Assembly (NCBI GenBank): GCA_016194635.1
Contig: JACQBC010000018.1
Coordinates: forward strand, 2,784-66,783
DNA: 64,000 bases
DNA from: Gammaproteobacteria bacterium
GTDB taxonomy: Bacteria > Pseudomonadota > Gammaproteobacteria > UBA6429 > Thiohalophilaceae
Reading direction: 5' to 3'
This document shows positions 39,383-49,998 of this stretch, piece by piece. A program made the position numbers and the translations under genes. The notes under the pieces are model-generated. The model did not search any database. It was not told the origin of the DNA and saw nothing but the letters and a program-made list of their open reading frames with translations. How positions within the stretch are numbered: position 1 is the first letter of the stretch; every line of letters begins with the position of its first letter.

Positions 39383-40024
39383 ATGTCCACACGTCATTAC
39401 TCCGCCATTGATCAACTCCTGGGTGTACTCGACATCGGATTACGTACCTTGTGTGTTACTCCGGGCAGTTCACGGCCCAACCCCGCGGCGGATCTGCCCG
39501 AAGCAGAATTATCCGCGACACAACGTGACTTGTCGGGTCGCCTCATGCGCATCAACCATGCCGGGGAGATCGCCGCGCAGGGTTTGTATCAAGGCCAGGC
39601 ACTGACCGCCAAACTCCCCGAGGTACGCGCGAGCATGCAACAAGCCGCCGCCGAAGAAAATGACCATCTGAACTGGTGCGCGACACGGGTGCGCGAGCTT
39701 GGTAGCCACCGCAGTTATTTGGATCCCCTCTGGTACCTGGGTTCGGTCACCCTTGGGGCACTGGCCGGGCTCGCCGGTGATAAATGGAGCCTGGGGTTTG
39801 TCGCCGAAACCGAAAAACAAGTGGTCACGCATCTGGATAAGCATTTGCAACAGATCGGCGAGGCCGACCCAAAAACCCGCGCTATTTTAACCCAAATGAA
39901 AACCGATGAAGGCCAACATGCCACCGTGGCACTGGAAGCCGGTGGCGTGTCCCTGCCCGCCCCGGTGCAACGGCTGATGCGACTTAGTTCCAAACTAATG
40001 ACCACCACCGCCTATTGGGTATAG
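39383..40024 (+). CDS. coq7: Demethoxyubiquinone hydroxylase (Coq7 family di-iron protein)
   Basis: RINHAGEIAAQGLYQGQ and a second E..H repeat. Start set at MSTRHYS. Confidence 0.85.
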   Translation: MSTRHYSAIDQLLGVLDIGLRTLCVTPGSSRPNPAADLPEAELSATQRDLSGRLMRINHAGEIAAQGLYQGQALTAKLPEVRASMQQAAAEENDHLNWCATRVRELGSHRSYLDPLWYLGSVTLGALAGLAGDKWSLGFVAETEKQVVTHLDKHLQQIGEADPKTRAILTQMKTDEGQHATVALEAGGVSLPAPVQRLMRLSSKLMTTTAYWV

Positions 40025-40380
40025 AAGATTCGAGCCGTAACACGGATCAAGTCATTAATAATTTCCACCACTAAAACTGCGCGTGGGCAGTTAAGGATAA
40101 ATCCTTGACGCTAATACATACTTAGCCACGGATTCCTTTATTTACAACCACGGTAAAAACAACAGTATTCTAACGTAAAAATAAATCGTCATTTTATGGT
40201 TCCACGCAGAATAGGTATTTTTATCCTGCCGCGGATATTTTGAAAAAATCGCTGTCCCAGTCTATATCTATATAAACAACTGCGGCGCCGTGGCCGCTTG
40301 ATGTATCGATCCATTGTTTGATTTTCGACTGGTGGACAGGTGCGACCCTGGTTGTTTCTTTGTAAAGGAATCCGGCGAAT

Positions 40381-41325
40381 ATGCAATACAAGGACTATTA
40401 CACCATCATGGGGGTCGCACGTGACGCGACACAGGATGAGATCAAGCGCGCCTACCGCAAGTTAGCCCGCAAGTATCACCCGGACGTGAGCAAGGAAACT
40501 GACGCCGAGGCACGCTTCAAGGAACTGGGCGAGGCCTATGAGGTGCTGAAAGATACGGAAAAACGCGCCGCCTATGATCAGTTAGGAACCCACTGGAAAG
40601 GTGGCCAGGAATTTCGCCCGCCGCCGGACTGGAACACCGGATTTGAATTCCGCGGCGGTGGTTTCACCGCGGCTAATGCCGCCGACTACAGTGATTTCTT
40701 TGAATCCTTATTCGGGCGGGGTTTTCATACCGACGGTGGTGCAGGCCTGTCTTCCCACGCCAATGGAGAAGACCACCACGCTAAGATACTCATCGATCTG
40801 GAAGACGCATACCAGGGCACCACCCGGACCATCACACTGCGACTTCCCAGCGCGGATGCGCAGGGTCATGTCATCAACAAGGAACGTGTTCTTAATGTAA
40901 TCATTCCCAAAGGTATCCGCGAAGGACAACACATTCGCCTGCGTGGACAAGGCGGTAGCGGTGTTGGCAAAGGTCAGGCAGGCGATCTCTATCTTGAAGT
41001 TAAATTTCGTGTACACCCCCTTTACCGGGTCGAAGGGCGGGACATCTATCTCGACCTACCCGTCGCGCCGTGGGAAGCCGCATTGGGGGCCAGCGTGAAG
41101 GTACCCACACTCGGCGGCATTGTGGAACTCAAAATACCCGCAGAGTCGAGTTCCGGGCACAAGCTTCGGCTAAAAGGACGCGGCCTACCGGGCGATCCGC
41201 CCGGCGAGTGTTATGTGATATTGGTGATCACATTGCCCCCCGCTGTAACTGAAGACGCTAAGGATCTATACAGGAAAATGGCGCAGACACTGAGCTTCAA
41301 TCCGCGCGCCAAATTAGGAGTCTAA
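40381..41325 (+). CDS. cbpA: Curved DNA-binding protein CbpA (DnaJ homolog)
   Basis: J domain with HPD (KYHPDVSK). Upstream region is AT-rich and curved-DNA-like. Confidence 0.9.
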   Translation: MQYKDYYTIMGVARDATQDEIKRAYRKLARKYHPDVSKETDAEARFKELGEAYEVLKDTEKRAAYDQLGTHWKGGQEFRPPPDWNTGFEFRGGGFTAANAADYSDFFESLFGRGFHTDGGAGLSSHANGEDHHAKILIDLEDAYQGTTRTITLRLPSADAQGHVINKERVLNVIIPKGIREGQHIRLRGQGGSGVGKGQAGDLYLEVKFRVHPLYRVEGRDIYLDLPVAPWEAALGASVKVPTLGGIVELKIPAESSSGHKLRLKGRGLPGDPPGECYVILVITLPPAVTEDAKDLYRKMAQTLSFNPRAKLGV

Positions 41326-41328
41326 GTC

Positions 41329-41652
41329 ATGACTACGCACAATCGACCGCCGCCGCTTGGGGTATGTATCCTCGAAGAACAAGCGCCGTTGACACTGGCC
41401 GAACTCTGTCGCGCCTGTGCTGTACATGCCGAACGGATTATCGAATTGGTGGAGATCGGTGTATTGGAGCCGGACGGTCGCGAACCGACGCGTTGGCGTT
41501 TCGGGGGTGAAAGCCTGTACCGTGCCCGTACGGTCTTGCGCTTGCAGCGGGATCTAAGCATTGATCTCGCCGGGGCAGCACTGGCACTGGAATTGTTGAA
41601 CGAGATCGAAACGCTACGGACACGCCTGCGGACACTGGGTATGGAGTACTGA
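41329..41652 (+). CDS. cbpM: Chaperone modulatory protein CbpM (MerR-like)
   Basis: Length of about 100 aa, position directly after cbpA, MerR-like sequence. Confidence 0.85.
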   Translation: MTTHNRPPPLGVCILEEQAPLTLAELCRACAVHAERIIELVEIGVLEPDGREPTRWRFGGESLYRARTVLRLQRDLSIDLAGAALALELLNEIETLRTRLRTLGMEY

Positions 41653-41794
41653 CCAATGCAACCTACTGCAGGAGATGCCGGCCTCGCTGTACATTCGAGG
41701 CTGGATTCGGATTTTCGTGATACACCTACGACAACACTGGCGACGCGGGCGCGTCAACAGCGACCACCCGTACTGTTAGACAATAGGAGACAAC

Positions 41795-42880
41795 ATGCAA
41801 GCGACACAACAGCTGCACGACCTTGGTCAAAGCCTCTGGCTCGACAATATTACCCGTGGCCTGCTGACCAGCGGCACCCTCAGCCAATATATAAAGCAAT
41901 ATGCGGTAACCGGGCTCACCTCTAACCCCACGATCTTCGATCAAGCGATCAAAAACAGTGATTTCTACAATGACGCCATCCGCACAAAAACGCTCGCGGC
42001 TAAATCGGGCGAGGCCTTGTTCTTCGAACTCGCCTTGGAAGATTTAACCCAGGCCGCCGATCTCTTTCAGCCGATCCACACGGCCACCGACGGTGTCGAC
42101 GGCTGGGTATCACTGGAGGTATCGCCCTTGCTCGCGGACGATACCGCTGGCACCCTCCAGGCGGCTGCGCAACTGCATGCACGCGCGCGCCGCCCCAATC
42201 TTTTCATCAAGATCCCAGGGACCGGCGCCGGGATCGCGGCAATCGAGGAGACGATCTTTGCAGGCGTGCCGGTCAATGTCACCCTGTTGTTCTCCCGCGA
42301 GCACTACCTCGCCGCCGCCGAGGCCTATCTGCGCGGCATTGAGCGACGCATCGCCGCGGGCCTTGATCCCAAGGTTGCATCGGTGGCTTCGATTTTTATC
42401 AGCCGCTGGGATGTCGCGGTGCAGAACAAGGTTCCCACCGAACTGCGCAACCGTCTGGGCATTGCTATCGCCCAGCGCACCTACACCGCCTATCGCGACC
42501 TGCTAGCCTCAAAACGCTGGCAGAAACTCGCCGCCGCCGGGGCTCGACCACAACGTCTGCTGTGGGCCAGCACCGGGACCAAGGACCCCGCCGCCCCTGA
42601 TGCGTTTTACATTGAAGCCCTGGCGGCCCCGGACACGATCAACACAATGCCAGAAAAAACCCTGCTCGCCTTCGCCGATCATGGCAGACTGAAAGACAGC
42701 CTGCGGTTCGACGGCGGCGATGCTCAAGCGGTGCTGGCCGAATTTACCCGCCAGGGTGTCAACGCGGAAGCGCTTGCCGCCGATCTACAACGTGAAGGCA
42801 CCCTCGCTTTCGTCAAGTCTTGGAACGACCTGTTGCGCCGTATAGCCTCCCAAAGCGAGCGGCTGGTACAAACCCATTAG
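41795..42880 (+). CDS. tal: Transaldolase (long actinobacterial-type form)
   Basis: GQSLWLDNITRGLL ... TSNPTIF motifs. Confidence 0.9.
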   Translation: MQATQQLHDLGQSLWLDNITRGLLTSGTLSQYIKQYAVTGLTSNPTIFDQAIKNSDFYNDAIRTKTLAAKSGEALFFELALEDLTQAADLFQPIHTATDGVDGWVSLEVSPLLADDTAGTLQAAAQLHARARRPNLFIKIPGTGAGIAAIEETIFAGVPVNVTLLFSREHYLAAAEAYLRGIERRIAAGLDPKVASVASIFISRWDVAVQNKVPTELRNRLGIAIAQRTYTAYRDLLASKRWQKLAAAGARPQRLLWASTGTKDPAAPDAFYIEALAAPDTINTMPEKTLLAFADHGRLKDSLRFDGGDAQAVLAEFTRQGVNAEALAADLQREGTLAFVKSWNDLLRRIASQSERLVQTH

Positions 42881-43217
42881 ACATGTTGTGGTCTACTGAT
42901 TCTGGACACTTCGTTAAGACCAAACAAGGTACCCAATGAAAGTGAAAAAGAAAGCTCGGAAATAGTATGACGAGAGCTTTAAACGGGATGCGGTGGGATT
43001 GCTGACAGAGTAAAATATAAGTTGAGTGATACGGCGCGGCCACATCAGGCGTGGTGGCGGATATCACTTTATTTTAAGTCGCCGATCCGCGCAAACCACG
43101 ATAGCGCTGTCCCGATTCATTCTTGGCGAGAATTTTTATATAATGACCCGGTGAACAGTGCACTCAAACAATCTGGACATTATTCTTGACAAATAACCCC
43201 GCCGGGTAACTAATAAA

Positions 43218-43907
43218 ATGCGAAAATCCGACCGACTATTCCAGCTCACCAATCTATTGAGACGTTACCAACCGGTCACCGCACAACAACTAGCGGAAAA
43301 ACTCAACGTCTCGGTTCGATCGGTCTATCGCTATGTGGACGATTTATCGGTCAATGGCATACCCGTCTATGGCGAAGTCGGAACGGGTTATCGTCTGCAG
43401 GACAATTTTGAGTTGCCCGCACTCAATCTCACCCCGGATGAACTGGATGCCTTGCTCGTCGGGGTCCGCATGGTGTCGGGTTGGACTGGTACGGAATTAC
43501 CTGCATCGGCACGTTCATTGCTACACAAGATTTGCTCCGGTTTAAACGAGACCATGAAACACCACACGGAGGCCAATATTTATGTGCCTAAGCTGGGCGC
43601 TAGGCTGAAAGAATCCGAGTACTGGGAACAACTACGGATGGCCATACGGGATCAGCATAAAATCCGTGTTGAATACGTGACGCTCAAGGGCCTCTTATCG
43701 AGTAGACAGCTGTACCCTCTCGGCTTGTTCTATTGGGGCGGGAAATGGACATTGGGAGCGTGGTGTACCTTGCGGGCCGCCTACCGGGATTTCCGAGTCG
43801 ATCGGATACAAGTCCTTCAAATACTAGAAGACACGTTTGAAACAACCAATGACATTAGTCTTTCTTTGTACATTAAAACTCAGGCCCAGAACGACGAGTG
43901 CTCCTAG
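43218..43907 (+). CDS. YafY-family transcriptional regulator (HTH + WYL domain)
   Basis: N-terminal HTH (PVTAQQLAEKLNVSVRSVYRYV) and a C-terminal WYL-like region (LYPLGLFYWGGKWTLGAW). Confidence 0.75.
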   Translation: MRKSDRLFQLTNLLRRYQPVTAQQLAEKLNVSVRSVYRYVDDLSVNGIPVYGEVGTGYRLQDNFELPALNLTPDELDALLVGVRMVSGWTGTELPASARSLLHKICSGLNETMKHHTEANIYVPKLGARLKESEYWEQLRMAIRDQHKIRVEYVTLKGLLSSRQLYPLGLFYWGGKWTLGAWCTLRAAYRDFRVDRIQVLQILEDTFETTNDISLSLYIKTQAQNDECS

Positions 43908-43967
43908 TGACACTACGTTGTCAGTAGGGTGCGAGTAGACTCGTTTTTCAACTCACACTGAGAGAAA

Positions 43968-44270
43968 ATGATCATGAATGACTATGTGCTGGAAGTGGCT
44001 GTGTTTAGCGTAAAAGAAGAGTATATACATCGTATCCCACAGATCAGGAACGGCTTAAGAAAAGCGCTGAAGGACTTCAAGGGATTATTACAAGTGGACA
44101 GCTATTCGCCGGTAGGGGACGACAGGGTTTTTGCCGATATCGCTAAATGGGAGAGCCTGGAAAACGCCATCGTCGCATCCCAAGCATTCGAAAGCGGTGA
44201 TCCACGGTTCTTGCCCTACTTGGAAGCTATCGCGGAAATAAAGTTTTTTGGGCATTTCAAGCTTTCGTAA
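43968..44270 (+). CDS. ABM-domain (antibiotic biosynthesis monooxygenase-like) protein
   Basis: About 100 aa with a ferredoxin-like fold pattern (LEVAVFSVKEEY...). Weak assignment. Confidence 0.45.
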   Translation: MIMNDYVLEVAVFSVKEEYIHRIPQIRNGLRKALKDFKGLLQVDSYSPVGDDRVFADIAKWESLENAIVASQAFESGDPRFLPYLEAIAEIKFFGHFKLS

Positions 44271-44383
44271 ATGAGAAAATTTTATATACTGAAATTTATC
44301 AAATTGCCAATTTAGAATCGAATATTGGCGCCGTTATTGTGTTGTAGCCGAATGCGGTGTATGAGCTTGCACAGCAAACGCGG

Positions 44384-45362
44384 CTATAGCCTCACCACGA
44401 TCTTGCCGTGCGCGTTATTACTCTCCATCAACGCATGGGCGGCGGGAATTTCTGCGAAATCGAACACCTTGACGGGTTTGGCCTTGTAGTACCCTTTAAA
44501 AGCACGGTCAACCATAGCCTGCATTGGAATTGACGATAGCGGGAAATCTTTGGTACCCAACATGAAGCTGGCGAAGAAATTCAAGTTGACCGAAGACGGA
44601 AGATCCATCAACGGATTGAATGGAATTGCATTGCCGCCAGCGAGAAAACCCGCATTGCAAACATAACCGCCCTTCTTCACCATCTTCAACGAATCAAGCA
44701 AGGTGGTATTGCCAACAATGTCTAAAACACCGTTGATACCTTGCGGATACATCACTTTGAGCCGCGCGCTGAGATCCTCGCCTTCAATCAACACCTCGGC
44801 GCTACCAATCGATTTTAGCAGGGCGATATTATCTTTGTCGCGGGTCGACGCGATAACGGTCACCCGATCCGTGTTGACCGCGATATTGATCGCTGCCTGA
44901 CCCAAGGCCGAGGTGCCGCCACGAATTAATATCGTATCGCCATGTGTGAGTTTCATATTCTCATGCAGGCAGCTCCAGGCCGTGGCATAGGATTCCGGAA
45001 TGGCCGCCAGATCGATCCACGCCATATTCGTTTGCAACGCAAACACGTTGGCCGCAGGCACGCAGGTAAACTCGGCATAACTCCCGTTTCTGGTACGCCC
45101 CATCCCACCCATGATGGCCGCCACTTTCTGTCCTGGTGTCAGTCTGCCCGAGGGATCATCCTCAACCTCTCCGACACATTCAATACCACTGACCTTGGCG
45201 ACATCACCCCACAACCCGCGACGCATGTAGGTCTCGGCGCGATTGATCCCGAAGGCGCGCACCCGAATCAAAATCTCGTCTTTATTTGGCTTCGGCAGTG
45301 GAACCTCTTCAATGCACAGTTGATCCGTTCCACCGTATTGCTTAATGACCATGGCTTGCATG
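44384..45362 (-). CDS. Zinc-type alcohol dehydrogenase / quinone oxidoreductase (MDR family)
   Basis: MDR N-terminal GroES-like and Rossmann regions. Strong RBS GGAGGA before MQAMVIKQYGG. Confidence 0.85.
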
Positions 45363-45461
45363 AGATTTTCCTCCGATTCTGGGTTCGGAGGCATCCTAGT
45401 TGACCGGGATGTAATTAAAAAGTACATTTAAATTACATTAACAGTAGATATAATCTACATT

Positions 45462-46331
45462 ATGAATATCACGATGCAGCAAATGTTGGCCCTGGACGCG
45501 GTGGTCAACGAAGGAAGTGTTCAAGCGGGTGCGCGTTTGCTTCATAAAACCCACCCCAGTGTGATTACCGCACTGAAGAATCTGGAAGAAGAATTGGGCT
45601 TTGTGCTGTTTGATCGTTCGGGATACCGGTCGGTGTTAACAGCAGAGGGGAAAGCGTTTCACCAGGGTGTCAGGCGAATTCTGAGTAATCTGCAGGACCT
45701 GAAGAATCGGGCCAGGCATATAAAAATTGGAGAAGAGACGGAACTCAATATCGTTTTGGGTGATATCACCCCCATGGCGGATGCACTATCGGTACTGCGC
45801 AGGTTTGTAGAAGATTATCCACACACCCGCATCAACCTCTTCTTTGAAAATCTTTACGGACCCAACGAATGGCTGTTGGACGGTAAAGCCGACCTGATCA
45901 TACACCATATCGACAAGTCCGACCCGCGCTACGAGTACCGGGATTTTTGCCAAGTGTCGGTCGTGCCGGTCATCGCACCTGGGTTCCTGCCCTTTCCGAT
46001 CAGCGACAACATTCATTACACCGACATGCAAGGTTATACGCAGTGTATTATTCGGGATACGGCGCTACGTGGCGGAAACAAAAACTACTTTGTACTCGAC
46101 GATACACCTCACATCACCGTCGGCGATCAGCACACGAAAAAAGAAGTCATTCTGCAGCGCATGGCATGGGGGCACATGCCACTGTTTCTGATAGACGACG
46201 AATTGAGCAGCGGCAACCTCATATCCCTAGAGGGGCAACATATCAAAGGGAACACATTGGATATCGTAGCCGCCCGCTTGGGCACAGACGAGAAAGGCAG
46301 GATGGCGGAGCGTTTGTGGCAACTCTTCTGA
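45462..46331 (+). CDS. LysR-family transcriptional regulator
   Basis: LysR HTH (MQQMLALDAVVNEGSVQAGARLLHKTHPSVITALKNLEEELG). Divergent from the oxidoreductase. Confidence 0.85.
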   Translation: MNITMQQMLALDAVVNEGSVQAGARLLHKTHPSVITALKNLEEELGFVLFDRSGYRSVLTAEGKAFHQGVRRILSNLQDLKNRARHIKIGEETELNIVLGDITPMADALSVLRRFVEDYPHTRINLFFENLYGPNEWLLDGKADLIIHHIDKSDPRYEYRDFCQVSVVPVIAPGFLPFPISDNIHYTDMQGYTQCIIRDTALRGGNKNYFVLDDTPHITVGDQHTKKEVILQRMAWGHMPLFLIDDELSSGNLISLEGQHIKGNTLDIVAARLGTDEKGRMAERLWQLF

Positions 46332-46626
46332 CGCCGCCACGGCTTGTATTGCAAATTCCAAAGATTGGCGGTTCCGGCGTTTCTACAACATCATTGATGG
46401 GTAAACCATCGGCATGAAGATGCTAGCACTCGTGTTACTTGTTCTCGCGATTGTCGCCGTGTCTGCGGCGCTTTATTTGAAGCACCGACTGAATACCGCG
46501 ACAGATGATACTAACGAGGTGTATGGAAAGGATACCCTCCCACCAAGACCGTCAGCAGCAGGGATGCTGCTGTCGAGCCTACAGGATGTATTGACGGCGT
46601 GTCTTCCAGTTATTACAAATAACAAT

Positions 46627-47823
46627 TTAACCTTTCACGCAGACCACCTGACGTAAAGTATGCACTATCTCCACCAAGTCACTCTGGTTCGCCATCACGA
46701 CATCAATGTCTTTATACGCGCCCGGAATCTCATCAATGACACCTTCATCTTTGCGGCATTCAACCCCGACGGTTTGTGCTTCCATATCGGCCTCGGAGAA
46801 TTCCTGTCTTGCCTTATTGCGGCTCATGCGTCGACCCGCGCCATGCGAACAAGAGCAAAACGAATCCGGGTTGCCTTTGCCACGCACAATGAACGACTTG
46901 GCGCCCATGCTGCCGGGAATGATTCCCAGTTCGTCGACCCCGGCCCGAATCGCGCCCTTACGCGTGATATAGACATCTTCGCCAAAGTGCTGTTCGATCG
47001 AAACATAGTTATGGTGACAGTTAATGGCTTCCTTGGTCAGCGAGAACGCCGGTAATTTCTTTTTTAGACCCTCGACGATCAACCGCATCATCTCGCGGCG
47101 ATTGGCCATGGCGTAATCCTGAGCCCAGTGTACCGCTTCGATATAATCCGCGAAATGCGCGGCGCCTTCGCTGAAATACGCCAGGTCCTTATCCGGCAAA
47201 CTATGCACATGACGCTGCATATCGTGCTGCGCGAGCCGGATAAAATATTGTCCGATGCTGTTGCCGATGCCCCGGCTACCGGAATGCAGCATGATCCAGA
47301 CATCGTCCTTTTCATCCAAACACAGTTCAATAAAATGATTGCCCCCGCCCAAGGTGCCCAATTGACGCACCCAGGTGTGATACGGTTTGTTTTGCATTTT
47401 TAAAACCTTGGGATGTTTACCGACAATGGTATCCAGGCCGACCGATAATGCACGAACGGTTGATGCCCGTGCCTTATCGGTTTTGTGCATATCAAAACCC
47501 ACCGGAATGGCCTGTTCAATCGCCAGACGCACCGCACGCAAATTATCGGGTAACTCTTTTGCGTTGATCGACAAGCGCACGGCGTTCATGCCGCAACCAA
47601 TATCCACACCGACGGCGGCGGGGATAATCGCGCCCTTGCACGGGATCACCGAACCTACGGTTGCGCCCTTGCCGTAATGGACATCCGGCATCGCCGCGAT
47701 ATGATGATGCACGAAGGGAAACTGCGCAATATTCAGTAGTTGCTGATAGGCTTCGTGCTCGATATCATCGGTATAGACATGTACCGGCACCTTACCCTTG
47801 GTGATCATTGTTTTAATTGGCAT
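46627..47823 (-). CDS. rtcB: RNA ligase RtcB
   Basis: Conserved metal-binding motifs (DVHYGKG, VGVDIGCGM, HNH...). No rtcA or rtcR is adjacent. Confidence 0.9.
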   Translation of the reverse strand: MPIKTMITKGKVPVHVYTDDIEHEAYQQLLNIAQFPFVHHHIAAMPDVHYGKGATVGSVIPCKGAIIPAAVGVDIGCGMNAVRLSINAKELPDNLRAVRLAIEQAIPVGFDMHKTDKARASTVRALSVGLDTIVGKHPKVLKMQNKPYHTWVRQLGTLGGGNHFIELCLDEKDDVWIMLHSGSRGIGNSIGQYFIRLAQHDMQRHVHSLPDKDLAYFSEGAAHFADYIEAVHWAQDYAMANRREMMRLIVEGLKKKLPAFSLTKEAINCHHNYVSIEQHFGEDVYITRKGAIRAGVDELGIIPGSMGAKSFIVRGKGNPDSFCSCSHGAGRRMSRNKARQEFSEADMEAQTVGVECRKDEGVIDEIPGAYKDIDVVMANQSDLVEIVHTLRQVVCVKG

Positions 47824-48031
47824 AAACTTATTCCTGTTTAATTTAAATATTACTGTACAGCAACCAATATTGCCGTCATTGAATACTCATATATTCTCAA
47901 AATCAATCTCATTTTGATCGCCTCTTAATGCCCATCACCATCATTTTTGACGCTGGCCAAGCACAACGCTATTTGCCGGTGTCTACCCTAAAATACGGAC
48001 CCGCGCTTGCGCTTGGGCCCGCATTCACTCC

Positions 48032-49177
48032 TTAATCCGCCTTCACATTGATCCGCACAGTATCCTTTAAGATACCCTCCAGACCACCGAAGACGGTCAA
48101 TTTGTCGATCTTCTCGGTTACCTTCTCTAATACTTCCAATTCCTTTAACCGCATTAGAGTCGGGTTCTCGTCCATGAGACGCGCCGTGTTCAATAAGGAA
48201 CGGGTCGCGGCCGTTTCTTCACGGCGCTTGATGACGTTGGCCTGCGCGGCCTTTTCCGCTTGTACCACTTGGTTGAGGATCTCCTTCATCTCGCCCGGCA
48301 GGATCACGTCCTTCAAACCCACACTGCGCAGTACCACCCCCACATCCTGGAGCTTGTTGCTCACCACCGCGAAGATTGCCTGATCCAGTTCATCCTTGTT
48401 GGCCAGCAACACATCCAAACCACGGGTACCGATCACCTGGCGTAAGGCCAACTGCAGTTCGCGGTACAAGTAGTCGCTGTAGTTGCTCAACGCGGTACGC
48501 GCCAACACCGGATCACTGACCTGAAACAACGCGGTCAAGTTGATCCGCAGGCTGACCTTGTCGGCGGTCAAGATTTCCTGACCGCTGACATCGACCGCCT
48601 GCACACGCCGATCCACCAGTTCCACCTTGATACTGCGGTTGAATTTCCAGAACACGTACAGTCCCGGCGACAAGGTCTTTGCCAAAGCGCCATCGACAAT
48701 CAACAAACCTAGGTAATTGTCGGCAACTTCCACCTTGAGCACGGCATTGAGTGCCTCCGCCGGTAACTTACGGGCGTTGGCGAACAACCCTGCCAAGTGC
48801 TTGGCCACGGCATAATCCGTTGCAATGTCGATCACCTCAACACGCACTGACACCGGACCTTTCCAGTACAACTGCCGTGTCGCCGGGGCCAAGACCCCGG
48901 CCAACTTGTCATTCTTGTACACCAGGCCGACCTGGTATTCACCCAACTCCACCACGCTAAAGGTTAGTTCGCACAGGGCGCGTTGCTCCTTGAGCAACAC
49001 ATCCTCATACGGATGGGTAAATTCCGGGGTCGTCAGGTTATACACCTGCACATCGACCCGACCTAACAGATCAAACACGGTATATACCCCCGGTTGCAGA
49101 ATCTTTTGGATACTACGGTCCTTCAAGTACACACCACGTTCGTGCCGTGCAATTACCACGCGCTTGATTCCGTACAT
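48032..49177 (-). CDS. SPFH/band-7 domain protein (cytoplasmic, N-terminal extension)
   Basis: C-terminal band-7 and coiled-coil region (ILPGEMKEILNQVVQAEKAAQANVIKRRE). Start MYGIKRV has RBS AGGAGA. No N-terminal TM segment and no NfeD partner. Confidence 0.75.
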   Translation of the reverse strand: MYGIKRVVIARHERGVYLKDRSIQKILQPGVYTVFDLLGRVDVQVYNLTTPEFTHPYEDVLLKEQRALCELTFSVVELGEYQVGLVYKNDKLAGVLAPATRQLYWKGPVSVRVEVIDIATDYAVAKHLAGLFANARKLPAEALNAVLKVEVADNYLGLLIVDGALAKTLSPGLYVFWKFNRSIKVELVDRRVQAVDVSGQEILTADKVSLRINLTALFQVSDPVLARTALSNYSDYLYRELQLALRQVIGTRGLDVLLANKDELDQAIFAVVSNKLQDVGVVLRSVGLKDVILPGEMKEILNQVVQAEKAAQANVIKRREETAATRSLLNTARLMDENPTLMRLKELEVLEKVTEKIDKLTVFGGLEGILKDTVRINVKAD

Positions 49178-49537
49178 GAGTCTTCTCCTGCTTGTTTCAT
49201 TTAATAAGTGGGCAACACACCACGTTGCGGTGCGGAGAATTCCTCGCAGTGATGACGGATCGAATCCGGATAACGGTGTGTCGTCTCCCCCACCCTGGCA
49301 AACCACACTCGGTTGTTAGCCAGCGACGCACCCTGCTCCAAATCCCATTGGTCAAAACCGGGATGACTTCCACGCAGCACAGCAACGCTGCGGGATTACC
49401 GACAGCGTTAATACCGAAGTATTCACCGCGCCGATAACCCGCGGGTGTGTTCCCCGCGACTGGTGTTAACCGACACCCCACGGGCGGATTCGAACCGCAG
49501 GCTTGCGCCCTATCCAGTTCAGCGTTTTAGGCCGAAG

Positions 49538-49610
49538 GTGAAAGAGTGGGATTTGAACCCACTACACTCCGATTAAACGTCGGTTGCTCTACCCAATGAG
49601 CTATCTTTCG
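49538..49610 (-). tRNA. tRNA-Lys(UUU)-like, degenerate (possible pseudo-tRNA)
   Basis: Hand-folded cloverleaf. The D-arm (GCTC/GAGC, GG), T-arm (GTGGG-TTCAAAT-CCCAC), variable loop and anticodon UUU all fit. Three features do not: G33 instead of U33, a C1-A72 mismatch, and no encoded CCA. Confidence 0.45.
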
Positions 49611-49764
49611 CTGGTTGCATTGGACCATTTATTGTTTTGTATACCCCTTGCCATCCCCTATGACGGTTGAGCATCGGCGCACAGGACGGGTATATAGAAC
49701 CCGTACCGCTAAACAAAAAATGCATCCCAACACACTCTGAATGAAATGCCTTGTTCGCATCCCA

Positions 49765-49932
49765 TCACAATTCTTTTAACAATCCGCTCTGCTCATCCCA
49801 GTCGCGTTGCAGCACCTGTTTTTCCGCACGCCGTTTTGCTTTATTGGATTTCTGGTGCACACCACCTTTTTTCATTAAGGGATGGTCATGCAAGTAATTC
49901 CGTTGTTTTACCGCCTTGTGTGGCATTTTCAT
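49765..49932 (-). CDS. arfA: Alternative ribosome-rescue factor ArfA-like small protein (55 aa)
   Basis: ORF below the track cutoff with RBS GAGGAG. MKMPHKAVKQRNYLHDHPLMKKGGVHQKSNKAKRRAEK... resembles the ArfA LHDPLF...KGKG...RK core. Confidence 0.4.
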   Translation of the reverse strand: MKMPHKAVKQRNYLHDHPLMKKGGVHQKSNKAKRRAEKQVLQRDWDEQSGLLKEL

Positions 49933-49971
49933 CACGCCGACTCCTCACTAAATATTCGCGGGGCATAAAAA

Positions 49972-49998
49972 AACCCCGTTTGGCTCAACGCCGTACGG
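49972..49998. terminator. Strong GC hairpin flanked by an A-run and a T-run (bidirectional terminator-like)
   Basis: AAAAAAA-CCCCGT-N15-ACGGGG-TTTAAAAGTTT. On the minus strand it is followed by TTTTTTTAT. Confidence 0.5.

Noticed and set aside
46414-46656. 80-aa ORF upstream of rtcB as a real small membrane protein
   Set aside because: No RBS. It overlaps the rtcB 3' end and the sequence is of low complexity. Evidence is insufficient.
49440-49535. A second complete tRNA next to the tRNA-Lys-like gene
   Set aside because: Only a T-arm-like GCGGTTCGAATCCGC and a 3' acceptor-like segment are present. No matching 5' acceptor or D-arm could be found, so it is treated as a fragment.
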